Positions 1-8,875 of a stretch of DNA of 44,773 nt are shown here, in pieces; positions within the stretch are counted from its first letter, which is position 1; the number at the start of each line of letters is the position of its first letter. The notes beneath the pieces were generated by a model. It searched no databases and was not told where the DNA came from. It saw nothing but the letters and a program-made list of their open reading frames with translations. Source of the DNA: a virus; IMG/VR virus record IMGVR_UViG_3300024992_000010. The stretch is one strand, 5' to 3'. A program made the translations under genes and the position numbers.

Positions 1-127
1 ATCACGGCAAGCCAGAAACAGGGAGGATTGCGGCGTTCAATCGTTACGCCGCGCGCTTTAGAAAGCGGGATGGAAACTCAATTTCGAGATAAATGGTTCG
101 TAGTGAGACCTGGTCGGGGAGCCATCC
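1..127. repeat. Terminal overlap: nt 1-127 are identical to nt 44647-44773 (circular closure of the contig, or a short terminal repeat)
   Basis: Read directly. Both copies run ATCACGGCAAGCCAGAAACAGGGAGG...GGTCGGGGAGCCATCC. The integrase ORF tail and intergenic motif A lie inside it. Confidence 0.95.
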
Positions 128-1663
128 TGCCTTACTACGAACCGTATCAAATCCGGTACGATTCACGAGCTTTTCAGCTCGATATTCGATCCTAAGTCCT
201 TTATCGTTCACGACAATCTGGTCGATGAACGAAGAAAAGAATAATCTTAATTTCTTTTCATCAGCCGTGGTCATTACGATATCGCGCAAAAGGGAAGCCA
301 TCTCCAGTACATCGTCTTCATCAATCGAGACCTCAGGCACCTCCTCTTCCTCGAGCGCCACCAGCTGCAGATCAAGGTCGTTCCGCATTTCCTTAAGTTC
401 GCGCAGGCGTTGTGTGAGATCTGCCATATTTGGCGCATTTTTTCCGTGTAGCTCGAGCACATTAAACAGATTTTTTAACCTTCCTTCAGTCTCACGCAAT
501 CGGTCTACCAGTTCCTTACGTCGGCGAGCACGATCTTTCACCCATTTGCCAGTCAGCTCGTGTATTTCATTGATCGTTTCAACCAATCTGTCCCGGGTGA
601 GTATCTTGTCCAGAATGACATTTATCAGCCATTGATCAAGATCGGGGGCGGGAATACGCCTGTTTTCACACCCAGCGCCTTTTTGGGCTGTCGAGCAGTT
701 GTAATAATAGTAACGCTTATTGCGTCCCGTCCCATTTTCGGAGCGCATGGTAAGGCCGCATTTCCCGCACTTTAATAGTCCCGTAAAAACGAAATTGCTG
801 TGAGGAGAACCGCCGCCTTCCCCTGGTAGACGCCCCGCAAAGATTTCTTGTACTCCCATAAAAACATGCTCCTCAATTATTGCCACGTGGCTTTGGGTGA
901 TGATCCATTCATCTCTGGATCTCGCACGATTGGTGTGGCTGTTAGTTTTATTAAAGATCACCTTCCCGGTATAAACTTCATTTTTCAGGGTGGCAGTGAC
1001 CACATTTTTATTCCACTTCGTACCGCGTTTCAGCCTCATCTGCTCATTCATGAGCATCGCGATAGCCTTGCATCCTAATCCCTTAATATAAAGCCCGAAT
1101 ATATCCCTGATAATCTGCGCTTCGGGCTCAACTATAATCAGCCGCTTCCGCTTGCCATCCGGTACCGCTGTGTAGCCAAAAGGTATCCGGCCGCCATTAA
1201 AAAACCCGTCCCGCGCATTCTTCACCATGCTGCGAAGCGTATCCGCGCTAACTTGCCGGCTGTAATGCTCGTCGAATATCTCGAGCATTGATTCCATCAT
1301 CCAGCCTGAATCCGTGCGGTTATCCAGATCCACGCTGACATACACTACCCGGGTGCCGCTTTTCTCCAGATCACGTTTATATAAGGCGGCATCGAGCTTA
1401 TTTCTGGCAAATCGTGATGTGCTCCAGCAGATGAAATATTCCACGCTGTAAGCCTTGCAATACCTTACGGCTTCACGGAAGGAAGGGCGCTCATCAGTTC
1501 GGCCGGATATGCCGGCATCGGTAAATACCCGAACCACGTCCGCGTCCAGCGCTGCCGCTTTTTTATACCCCTGCTCGATCTGGCTCTCTATCGGCAGCCC
1601 GTCATCCGCCTGCCGAGCAGTCGACACACGGGTATAAATAATTGCAGTCGGATTGCGCGGCAT
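44..1663 (-). CDS. Large serine recombinase (phage integrase type)
   Basis: 539 aa. N-terminal resolvase-type catalytic motif IIYTRVSTARQ. Central recombinase domain. Cys cluster CGKCG...YYYYNC (zinc ribbon). Long charged coiled-coil C-terminus. Confidence 0.9.
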   Translation of the reverse strand: MPRNPTAIIYTRVSTARQADDGLPIESQIEQGYKKAAALDADVVRVFTDAGISGRTDERPSFREAVRYCKAYSVEYFICWSTSRFARNKLDAALYKRDLEKSGTRVVYVSVDLDNRTDSGWMMESMLEIFDEHYSRQVSADTLRSMVKNARDGFFNGGRIPFGYTAVPDGKRKRLIIVEPEAQIIRDIFGLYIKGLGCKAIAMLMNEQMRLKRGTKWNKNVVTATLKNEVYTGKVIFNKTNSHTNRARSRDEWIITQSHVAIIEEHVFMGVQEIFAGRLPGEGGGSPHSNFVFTGLLKCGKCGLTMRSENGTGRNKRYYYYNCSTAQKGAGCENRRIPAPDLDQWLINVILDKILTRDRLVETINEIHELTGKWVKDRARRRKELVDRLRETEGRLKNLFNVLELHGKNAPNMADLTQRLRELKEMRNDLDLQLVALEEEEVPEVSIDEDDVLEMASLLRDIVMTTADEKKLRLFFSSFIDQIVVNDKGLRIEYRAEKLVNRTGFDTVRSKAGWLPDQVSLRTIYLEIEFPSRFLKRAA

Positions 1664-1673
1664 ATGGCTCAGT

Positions 1674-2027
1674 CTATCCCTTCCTCGCTATACGCAATAT
1701 GTTACGTATGCTGACTTTTTCACATAACTGCCGCTCCAATTTTTCCTTGATTTCGCGCGGCGAAAAATTCATCTCGATCAGCGTCTCGATATACCGATTC
1801 CGCTGATATCTCACATATGTTCTGAACCGCCTGATGGGTATTAGCAGGCGCCCGTCATCCGCAAGACTGATCTGGTCTGAATCCAGCATGCGCCACATGA
1901 TGATCAGGTTATCCACCCCTATTTTTTCGCCAATATCGATCCAGATACGTTGCAGGCCCATCGCCTGCAACTCGTCCAGCCGCGGGTCGCGTTTTTTTTC
2001 CGGGGCCGGTTCAAAGTTCAAAACCAT
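1674..2027 (-). CDS. Small HTH regulator, Mor-like (late-gene activator candidate); alternative upstream start at 2177
   Basis: C-terminal LLIPIRRF...RNRYIETLIEMNFSPREI...VSIRNILRIARKG resembles the Mu Mor C-terminal HTH region. The first 50 codons of the 167-aa ORF are low-complexity Gly/Arg-rich. The ATG at 2027 gives 117 aa, close to Mor at 129 aa. Confidence 0.4.
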   Translation of the reverse strand: MVLNFEPAPEKKRDPRLDELQAMGLQRIWIDIGEKIGVDNLIIMWRMLDSDQISLADDGRLLIPIRRFRTYVRYQRNRYIETLIEMNFSPREIKEKLERQLCEKVSIRNILRIARKG

Positions 2028-2401
2028 GCAGTTATCCTGGTACCCTCCCCCCCTGGCAGACTGATGACCCCGCTCCTGCCGACCCCCCACCCCACCGTCA
2101 TCCCGGCAGGCAGACGATACCGACACGCCAATTCCCAGTTCTGAACTTCGCTTTTCCTTATCCATTACCACTCTCAAACCCTCATGCCACCGTTGACCAA
2201 CTGCGCTTTATGGAGATAAGGCGCATTAACCTAGTTGCGGGAACCAAGATGATTTAGCCCGATATTTGTCAAAGTTACCGACACTCCGACAACCCCCAGC
2301 TTCGCCTACTCCCACCTTATATCTCTCTTCGAACATGGTCCCCCGTATATGGGTTGCGCGCACCAGAAACCCCGCGAGCGCCCCTCGATGCAGCCCTGCT
2401 T

Positions 2402-3403
2402 TTACCCCGGCTTGTTCAGCCTCTTCAAAAGGTCGCTGACTGGCGTTTTTATTTTTGCCAGGGGATTCGCACGATCGGCTTCCCGGGTCAGCTTTCTCAT
2501 GGCGAGATGATCATAGATGGCAGTGCTCTTGGCATCTTCATGTCCCATCAACCTCTGCCTGGCAATAAGGTCAACTCCTTCCTCTGCCAACTCGGTACCG
2601 AACAGGTGACGCATTGCGTGGGGATGGATCTGATCCTCCGAGATACCGCAGCGCTTGCCGTACTTCTTGATCATCTGGAGCACGGCCTTTCGGCTAAGCC
2701 GGCGCTGTTCTCCGTGGTAGTTATCGGGACTGATTCTGCGGTTCATCAGGCTTACGAAAAGCACCTGGTCTCCGTTTGGAAGGCGGCGATCGATCTGCTT
2801 CAGATCCGCATGATCTAGGTAAAGGCGGAGCAGCAGATCGGCTTCCGCGGGGATGGGCAGCTTGCGCTGCTTGTCCCCTTTCTCTACCACTTTGATCAGG
2901 AGGCGGGCTTTTCCGTCGATCTCGTCCTGGATGATATTGCTGTCGTTTAAACGTATCAGGCCTGTTACACGTAGCCCGCACCCTGCCAGCAATGCCAGAA
3001 TGGCGCCATCACGCACGCCCTCGAAGGTATTGAAATCAGGTTCCCACATCAGTTTGGCTGCGCTGGCCAGCGTCATGACTCGGGGGATTCTCCGGTTCTT
3101 CTTCGGGTACGGCAGATTTTCAGCAGGATTGCCACGGATGCGTTTTGAGGACGCCAGCCAGCTGTAAAACCCGCGAACCGCAGCCACATGAGGGCGCCTA
3201 CTTACGGGGTCACGCAACCCGATCTTATGCAGGTAGGGCCCCGTAAAGGCCAGCAGCTCATCCTGCGAGATTTCACGAAGGTCGGCGGTACCGAAATATT
3301 CAGCCATGCGCGTTAACGCCAGGCGGTAAACATGGATAGTCCGGTCGGACCTTCCGGCGTTGAGGCGCTTGAACTCGAGGAAGGATTCAATCAGCTCAAC
3401 CAT
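2402..3403 (-). CDS. Tyrosine recombinase/integrase, XerC/D-like
   Basis: 333 aa. N-terminal SAM-like core-binding region. Catalytic HPHAMRHLFGT...LMGHEDAKSTAIYDHL (H-x-x-R ... H ... Y). Confidence 0.88.
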   Translation of the reverse strand: MVELIESFLEFKRLNAGRSDRTIHVYRLALTRMAEYFGTADLREISQDELLAFTGPYLHKIGLRDPVSRRPHVAAVRGFYSWLASSKRIRGNPAENLPYPKKNRRIPRVMTLASAAKLMWEPDFNTFEGVRDGAILALLAGCGLRVTGLIRLNDSNIIQDEIDGKARLLIKVVEKGDKQRKLPIPAEADLLLRLYLDHADLKQIDRRLPNGDQVLFVSLMNRRISPDNYHGEQRRLSRKAVLQMIKKYGKRCGISEDQIHPHAMRHLFGTELAEEGVDLIARQRLMGHEDAKSTAIYDHLAMRKLTREADRANPLAKIKTPVSDLLKRLNKPG

Positions 3404-4268
3404 GCCAAGGTGCCAGCAATCCGTTAACAGGAAAGGCCAGCGCCTGACCGCAACGCGGGTTAATCCAAACCACTTCAGTACGACTTACGGTTCCTCGAGC
3501 AGCAGAAATCCGCGCCGAGGTTTCGTACCGATCCCAGGCCGCAAGCATCGAGTTATAGAGGGGGTTCGGATACCCGGATAACACAACAAAACCTTCCAGC
3601 TCGAGCAAAACTTCCAGCAGCTCAACATGGGCAGCATCGTCCATTTCGTGACGATAGGTTCGTCCCACTCCGGTTCCGCGCATCACCCGGGTTGAATGTA
3701 CATATGGTGGATCCACAAAATGGAGCGTTTCCGGTCCATCATGCTGTCTCAGTACCTTGATAGCTGATGCATTTTCTATGAGCACTCCCGATAAGCGCTT
3801 GCCGGCGCGTTCTATCGCTTCCGGATAGTAAGCCCATAGGTGCTGCGCCGTTCCATATTCGCGCCTCGTGTCGATTCGAAAACCTGTCCGGCCCTTTGTC
3901 GCTCCCGCGCTGCCGAAACCACACTGGGCCCGGACGGCCACGCGCCTGGCGCGTTCGACTGGGTCATCGGTTTCCTCATGAGCACGGATAAATTCATCAC
4001 GTGCGTAAGGAGTAAAGGCAACTTGCCTGATCAACTCTTCCCGCAAATGCTCGTTTTGCAGCACCCGGAAGAAATTAACCACGTCACCGTCCAGATCGTT
4101 ATATACCTCGGCATAGCAGCGCTCCTTTTGAAGCAGCACACCAGCTGCACCACCAAAAACCTCGGTATATATCCTATGTTCCGGAAAGAAACTCATGATC
4201 CAGTTCGCGAGGCGGAATTTGCCGCCGTGATATCTCAATGCGGGCTGAGTTACTTGTTCAGCGTTCAT
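3396..4268 (-). CDS. N6-adenine DNA methyltransferase (D12/Dam class), orphan
   Basis: LRYHGGKFRLANWI, EVFGGAAGV (AdoMet site) and the DPPY motif (HFVDPPYVHS). The start at 4268 overlaps the stop of the upstream ORF. The stop overlaps the recombinase start. Confidence 0.85.
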   Translation of the reverse strand: MNAEQVTQPALRYHGGKFRLANWIMSFFPEHRIYTEVFGGAAGVLLQKERCYAEVYNDLDGDVVNFFRVLQNEHLREELIRQVAFTPYARDEFIRAHEETDDPVERARRVAVRAQCGFGSAGATKGRTGFRIDTRREYGTAQHLWAYYPEAIERAGKRLSGVLIENASAIKVLRQHDGPETLHFVDPPYVHSTRVMRGTGVGRTYRHEMDDAAHVELLEVLLELEGFVVLSGYPNPLYNSMLAAWDRYETSARISAARGTVSRTEVVWINPRCGQALAFPVNGLLAPWHG

Positions 4269-4485
4269 GGCCGAGACAACCCTCTCCCGAATAATCGAAG
4301 TTGTCACACTTCCCACACGGAATAACCTCGTGCCCCTTGGATAGCTCATCCAGCAACATGGATTTCGCCTCTCTCGGCGTCAGCTCGCGCCCGTCGTCAT
4401 CCGTAAACACTCCCCTGAAATTTCTATCACTCCAGTTCATCAAGGCGCCCCTGACATCGAGGCACAGGTGATAACTCTTTCCCAT
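4258..4485 (-). CDS. Hypothetical small Cys-containing protein
   Basis: 75-aa ORF directly downstream of the origin region. C-terminal CGKCDNF...GCLGH. No recognised family. Confidence 0.5.
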   Translation of the reverse strand: MGKSYHLCLDVRGALMNWSDRNFRGVFTDDDGRELTPREAKSMLLDELSKGHEVIPCGKCDNFDYSGEGCLGHER

Positions 4486-4697
4486 TTCTTACCCTCAAAA
4501 GTGAAATCCAAAATGACCACACGCATTTCTTTCCGTGGATGCGTGGATAGCCCTCAAACAGATCATAAGGCATTGATTATTCGTAAAACATGATCCACGG
4601 GATTCCACTGAAAACCCGTGGATGGGGGTAAAAACCCGTGGATGCATTTTTAAGCAGCTTTTCTAACCCGTGGATTGCTGCTTTTCCTTCCACGGTA

Positions 4698-4745
4698 TCT
4701 TCTTTTCTTCTTTCTTCTTTTAAAAGAGATAGATAGATAGAGATA
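4698..4745. repeat. AT-rich pyrimidine tract plus (GATA)n micro-repeat; candidate DNA-unwinding element
   Basis: TCTTCTTTTCTTCTTTCTTCTTTTAAAAGAGATAGATAGATAGAGATA lies between the two iteron clusters. Confidence 0.6.
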
Positions 4746-4767
4746 CGAGCCGCAGGTCCGAAAAATG

Positions 4768-4851
4768 AACCCGTGGATAAATCGCCTGAACCCGTGTAAT
4801 AAAATAGACAACCCGTGGAAAAACAGCACAAACCCGCGAGGGACTTCCTCT
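4768..4851 (+). repeat. Four tandem 21-bp iteron units (two helical turns each)
   Basis: gAACCCGTGGAtaaatcgcct / gAACCCGTGtaataaaataga / cAACCCGTGGAaaaacagcac / aAACCCGCGagggacttcctc. Confidence 0.85.
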
Positions 4852-4986
4852 CCACGATCAGGCACTTATATAACTTTCTGATATAAATCCACGGATCAGC
4901 GCGCCTACGCCCCCTTACCTTTAAGAAAAAAGCGCGAAGCGCGACAAAAAGCGGCTGCATTTCTATTTGGGGGGTGCGGGGGGACA

Positions 4987-7704
4987 TCAGAAACCGGAAT
5001 CGACGTGTGGGGTTGCGTGCAAGCCGTATTGATCCAGCTTGGAAAGGCTGAGGGCTGAGAGGTGCGATACACGGGCTGAGCCGATGGTGCGCTCAACGGT
5101 GTCAGAAAGGATTACACCGGCGCTTTGCAATTGCTTCTTGAATACCCGATCCGATTTGACTGGCAAACCGTTCCATTTCTCGCGCAGTGCCGGTGTATGA
5201 GCAAGATGCTCCATGACATGGCTGGTACGCACCAGCAGACAATTCTCGCCGTCTACGGAATCCCATTTGTATGGATACTTGAATTCATGTCGGGCGATCT
5301 CCGACAGCACCGTTTCCATAATCCACACCCATGGCTGACGGTCGGAGCTGGTATCGGTAATGTGGGCGTTCATCTCCGCTATCAGATCGTCGCCAAAGTC
5401 ACCCTGCTTGATGTCGATCTCAGCAAATTCGCAGAGATAGCGCCAGGCGGTAAGCAGCGCCGCATAATTGCCAGCCATGCGCACGGCGCCATCATCCGCT
5501 CTGCTGGCGCGAGAATTACGCAGACAATGAGCCTTAATGCTCTCATAGACGGCCAGGACCTGGCTCCGGCTTAGGGCGGCAAGGAATTCAATCCACTGCT
5601 TCACCGGGAAGCGCGGCAGATCTTCGGGCATGAGCGGACCCTTCTTGCCGGTCAGTTGAGTACGCACGATCTTGCCAATTAGGCTGCGCACCGGGACATC
5701 CTCGCCGGCGAGTAAAACCGGTGCGGAAAGTAGAAATTCCGTCATTTCTGAAGAACCGAATGTGAGAGTGTATTGATAGCTTTCCTGGAGTATTCCCACC
5801 GCTATATTGATGATGTCCTCTTTTCTGGCCGATAACTCTTCCCATCCGACGGGGTGAGAGGTGTGCGAAATCGATGTCTTCAACCGGAACTGAGTTTGTA
5901 TCGATTGCCCGGACAGCATAGTGAAACCGATTGTCCGCTCGAGGCGCTTGATCAGCGTCGATTTTCCATGTCCCTTGTCCGCTTGCATCATTAGATGCGG
6001 CCAGAAGCCAAGCAATACTTTCAAATGCCCGCCAAGTCCCCACACAAGTGGCAGGGCGGCGGCATTGCGTTTGAAGGTGCTTTGGTATTGCTCAATGACC
6101 TTTCGTGCATCCTGGCGCGTCCCTGAGGGGAAGGTCAGATTGTGATAGGGGCATTGCTGCTGCGGATTCGTGAAATAGCAGTCCGGCCCCTCGTTTATTA
6201 CCAGCTTTCCGTCCCGATAGCATAGGCCAACGAAATTGGCTGCGTTGCGCGCTCCTATATGCGCGCCGCGTTCCAGGATATTGACCATGCGGAGGAAAGC
6301 GGATTGATTCCAGACCGGACCGATCTTTTTCCAGGTATCCACATTGTGCAGGCGCTCATCCTCTACCACCCGACGCACCAGGTGCACGCCATGCCGCGGG
6401 GTCTGCACGCTGATCGCGAAAAGGGTACGCGGCTGAATATCAGTTTCACCAGTCATGGTTGCCGTGGCTCCGGCGATCGTCACGCGCGACAGCCCAGCAA
6501 TCCGAAATCCGGCCAGATCGGTAAATGTCAGTTTTTCGTTGCCGTCCTCATCCTTTTTAACCTCTGAGATGAAACTGGTAAAATCCTCCCGGACGCGATA
6601 TCGCCAGTATTTGGTATCATCGTGGTAAGGCAGATACACCCGGCGCTTGCCGAAATCCTCTTCCACACTTCCAGGCTGGCCCTGAATGATCCAGGGCTCC
6701 AGCCTCCACAGTGCGCGCTTCAGCGCATCGATGCCGTGGATTTGAAGATAATCATTCAAGTCATTGATGGGCTTATCATCCGAATCTTTCCATTCCGACT
6801 GATCAACCATCATTGCCGCCACATCGAGGGCGGTGAGACGCTCATGAAGTTCCCAGGCGGCAGCACGGCCCGGACTGTGCCCCTTATTGTCCGGAGTGTC
6901 GTTATCCATCGCGATGACGACACGCTTGCCCTTCACCCAGGCGAGATCGATATTGGGTACGTTTCCGCAGCCCCGGATGGCAAACGCAGCGCTTTGCGGC
7001 ATATCCGCACACTCAACCGATAAGGCATTGATCGGCGATTCCACGAAATAGACCGTCTGGGCTTTAAGAAGCCGGCGGATATCGCTGGTCCAGCCGTAGC
7101 CTGATTTTTCACCCTGACACTGGGTTTTGATGTTGCCGTTGATCGCGGGGTCTAGATAGCGCAGATCCACCGCCATTACGTGCCCGGGATTCAAACTGCG
7201 TACGATGAACGCAGCTGCTGGACCACCGAAACCTGGCTCACCTTCCGCAACCTTGCTAGATTTCCAGTCATTGAAGCCGACGGCACCCTTCTTGATGGCA
7301 CGCTCCACCACTTCCCTGGTGATCCCGCGCCCAGTGAGATACTCAATCGCACGCTCCGGTTGTCCCAGGCAGCGATCGGCAATATATTCTGCACGAGTTT
7401 TTTCGCGCGGCTCGCCGCTGCGTTCCGGCTTGTCCAAGGGGAGTCCGAGATACTCATGCAGCATCACAATCGCTTCGCTCACCTCAACGCCACGGACAGC
7501 GCAAACGAGATCTATGCAGGTGCCACCGTCGCGCGTCGAGTGATCCTTATACTTGCGGCCGCCATCGTAAATCGATAGCGAGGGCGCCTTGTCCGCGTGA
7601 TGCGGGCTCTTGTAATTTCCCCGACCACCCGGCCTTTCCAGACCCAGCCACTCCGCCAGATCATGGAGATCAATGCGCTGCTTGAGCTCGTCAATCGTCG
7701 CCAT
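4987..7704 (-). CDS. Bifunctional DNA primase (Toprim) / P-loop helicase replication protein
   Basis: 905 aa. N-terminal primase-like region (KSPHHADKAPSLSIY). Toprim signature VYFVESPINALS...VIAMDNDTPD. Walker A QADKGHGKSTL in the central domain. The overall architecture resembles P4 alpha. Confidence 0.85.
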   Translation of the reverse strand: MATIDELKQRIDLHDLAEWLGLERPGGRGNYKSPHHADKAPSLSIYDGGRKYKDHSTRDGGTCIDLVCAVRGVEVSEAIVMLHEYLGLPLDKPERSGEPREKTRAEYIADRCLGQPERAIEYLTGRGITREVVERAIKKGAVGFNDWKSSKVAEGEPGFGGPAAAFIVRSLNPGHVMAVDLRYLDPAINGNIKTQCQGEKSGYGWTSDIRRLLKAQTVYFVESPINALSVECADMPQSAAFAIRGCGNVPNIDLAWVKGKRVVIAMDNDTPDNKGHSPGRAAAWELHERLTALDVAAMMVDQSEWKDSDDKPINDLNDYLQIHGIDALKRALWRLEPWIIQGQPGSVEEDFGKRRVYLPYHDDTKYWRYRVREDFTSFISEVKKDEDGNEKLTFTDLAGFRIAGLSRVTIAGATATMTGETDIQPRTLFAISVQTPRHGVHLVRRVVEDERLHNVDTWKKIGPVWNQSAFLRMVNILERGAHIGARNAANFVGLCYRDGKLVINEGPDCYFTNPQQQCPYHNLTFPSGTRQDARKVIEQYQSTFKRNAAALPLVWGLGGHLKVLLGFWPHLMMQADKGHGKSTLIKRLERTIGFTMLSGQSIQTQFRLKTSISHTSHPVGWEELSARKEDIINIAVGILQESYQYTLTFGSSEMTEFLLSAPVLLAGEDVPVRSLIGKIVRTQLTGKKGPLMPEDLPRFPVKQWIEFLAALSRSQVLAVYESIKAHCLRNSRASRADDGAVRMAGNYAALLTAWRYLCEFAEIDIKQGDFGDDLIAEMNAHITDTSSDRQPWVWIMETVLSEIARHEFKYPYKWDSVDGENCLLVRTSHVMEHLAHTPALREKWNGLPVKSDRVFKKQLQSAGVILSDTVERTIGSARVSHLSALSLSKLDQYGLHATPHVDSGF

Positions 7705-7713
7705 ATGAAACTC

Positions 7714-8049
7714 TCATGCTGGTACGTCATCTCCGAATTTGGAGGCGACAAAGCAACGCATGGCTGCTTCAAGAGCGGTTTTGCCAACGTATACGTAGTT
7801 TCTGTGATTCGCGTAAATGTGCCCCACCCAATTCTCAGCAGGTTCAAGCATTATTCTTTCACGTTCGATAATCGGGCCACCCTGTAACCAATCCTCGGAC
7901 GGGTTCCAGCGCGAGACGTGACAGCGATAGCGGTTCTCGCTTTTTGGGTCATACCATATGGGGATAGAGCCCCATAGACGTTGTTCCCAACCGAGCGCCT
8001 TGGCCACCAAATGATTGAGCCGATGCCCTGTGAGTTCAGCAGTTTTCAT
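7714..8049 (-). CDS. DUF2591-like phage protein
   Basis: 111 aa. The N-terminal LTGHRLNHLVAKALGWE pattern is typical of DUF2591 phage proteins. ATGA overlap with the upstream ORF. Confidence 0.5.
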   Translation of the reverse strand: MKTAELTGHRLNHLVAKALGWEQRLWGSIPIWYDPKSENRYRCHVSRWNPSEDWLQGGPIIERERIMLEPAENWVGHIYANHRNYVYVGKTALEAAMRCFVASKFGDDVPA

Positions 8050-8357
8050 TGATTCATCATCTTTACGTGATACCTGAGCTCAACCCGGGTAGCGGCTTCT
8101 CTCAGTCTACTGGCGCTGCAAAGCTTCATTGCTTCCAGGCCGATAGCCATCATCGTTTCCAACTCGGCACGTTCTTCGTCGCCCCAGGCGATCAATTCAG
8201 CAATGCAGGCTTTCAGGCGTTCGTCTTTCAGCTTGGCTGCTACGGTTGCGAGGTATTCCAGTTCAGATCGTGGCAAATTGCCACGCCCTTGCAGGAGCTC
8301 CTTCGCCCGGGCCGTGCAGTGATTGATCACGGCTTGTTGATATGCTGGGGCGCTCAT
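8046..8357 (-). CDS. Hypothetical early protein
   Basis: 103-aa ORF with ATGA overlaps on both sides. Helical composition. Confidence 0.55.
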   Translation of the reverse strand: MSAPAYQQAVINHCTARAKELLQGRGNLPRSELEYLATVAAKLKDERLKACIAELIAWGDEERAELETMMAIGLEAMKLCSASRLREAATRVELRYHVKMMNQ

Positions 8358-8875
8358 TCGATGGCTTCCTCCGCCGTTTTCCGTAATTTCTCCGGTCGGA
8401 TGTAGAGCTTGGTTCCGACAGGAAAGTTACCTATCCAACCTATAAAATTGACCGCTACCCCGCACCCAAACGCCACTACCTCGGCAGCTGGCTGATCTTC
8501 CTGCGCTTTCAGCTTTTCAGGTGCATTATGCTCAAGCCACATCATTCCAAGCTTTACCATGAGCTCGGCCTCATCTGAGTTGGTTGGCATTTTTACTACC
8601 CGCTCCGGCTTTGCTGCATAAAGCGGCTCATTCGAGTCATGGATGAGCATTCCTCCCGGATCGCTTGTCACGTCTCGCGGATCACGAGGTGAGCCGTCAG
8701 AACGGTGAGTAACTAAACTCTCAATCGCATGATTGCCGGAGCGCATCTGGTCTATTTCATCCTTGAGCGCATCAACCTGCGCTTCCAAACTTGCGCGATA
8801 CGCGAAATCGCCTTTCGGGTCAGTGTCCATATTGTCGAGTCCTGTGTATGCCGATGTGTCGCGGTATGCTGTCAT
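8354..8875 (-). CDS. Hypothetical early protein
   Basis: The ATG at 8875 forms an ATGA overlap with the stop of the DUF4326 gene. 173 aa. Confidence 0.5.
   Translation of the reverse strand: MTAYRDTSAYTGLDNMDTDPKGDFAYRASLEAQVDALKDEIDQMRSGNHAIESLVTHRSDGSPRDPRDVTSDPGGMLIHDSNEPLYAAKPERVVKMPTNSDEAELMVKLGMMWLEHNAPEKLKAQEDQPAAEVVAFGCGVAVNFIGWIGNFPVGTKLYIRPEKLRKTAEEAIE

Larger units (their letters stand above)
4531..4898. other. Iteron-type origin of replication (two iteron clusters flanking an AT-rich element)
   Basis: About 9 direct copies of AACCCGTGGA(T/A)-like 11-mers at 4531, 4541, 4613, 4633, 4666, 4768, 4789, 4810 and 4831. Three inverted copies (ATCCACGG/TTCCACGG) at 4593, 4688 and 4887. 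No credible coding. Lies immediately downstream of the primase/helicase gene. Confidence 0.8.

Noticed and set aside
2028-2177. The first 50 codons of the 167-aa Mor-like ORF.
   Set aside because: The Gly/Arg-rich composition is improbable for coding sequence. The internal ATG at 2027 gives a Mor-sized protein. I keep 2177 as an alternative start only.
4613-4851. A possible CRISPR-like array, suggested by the regularly spaced repeats.
   Set aside because: The repeat units are only ~11 bp with ~10-bp spacers (21-bp period). There are also inverted copies and an AT-rich core. This is iteron architecture, not CRISPR.
4577-4987. ORFs of 136 aa and 71 aa lying across the gap downstream of the primase-helicase gene.
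   Set aside because: The region is made of iterons and an AT-rich repeat. The translations are driven by the repeats (PRG/PVD strings), and the region is better explained as an origin.
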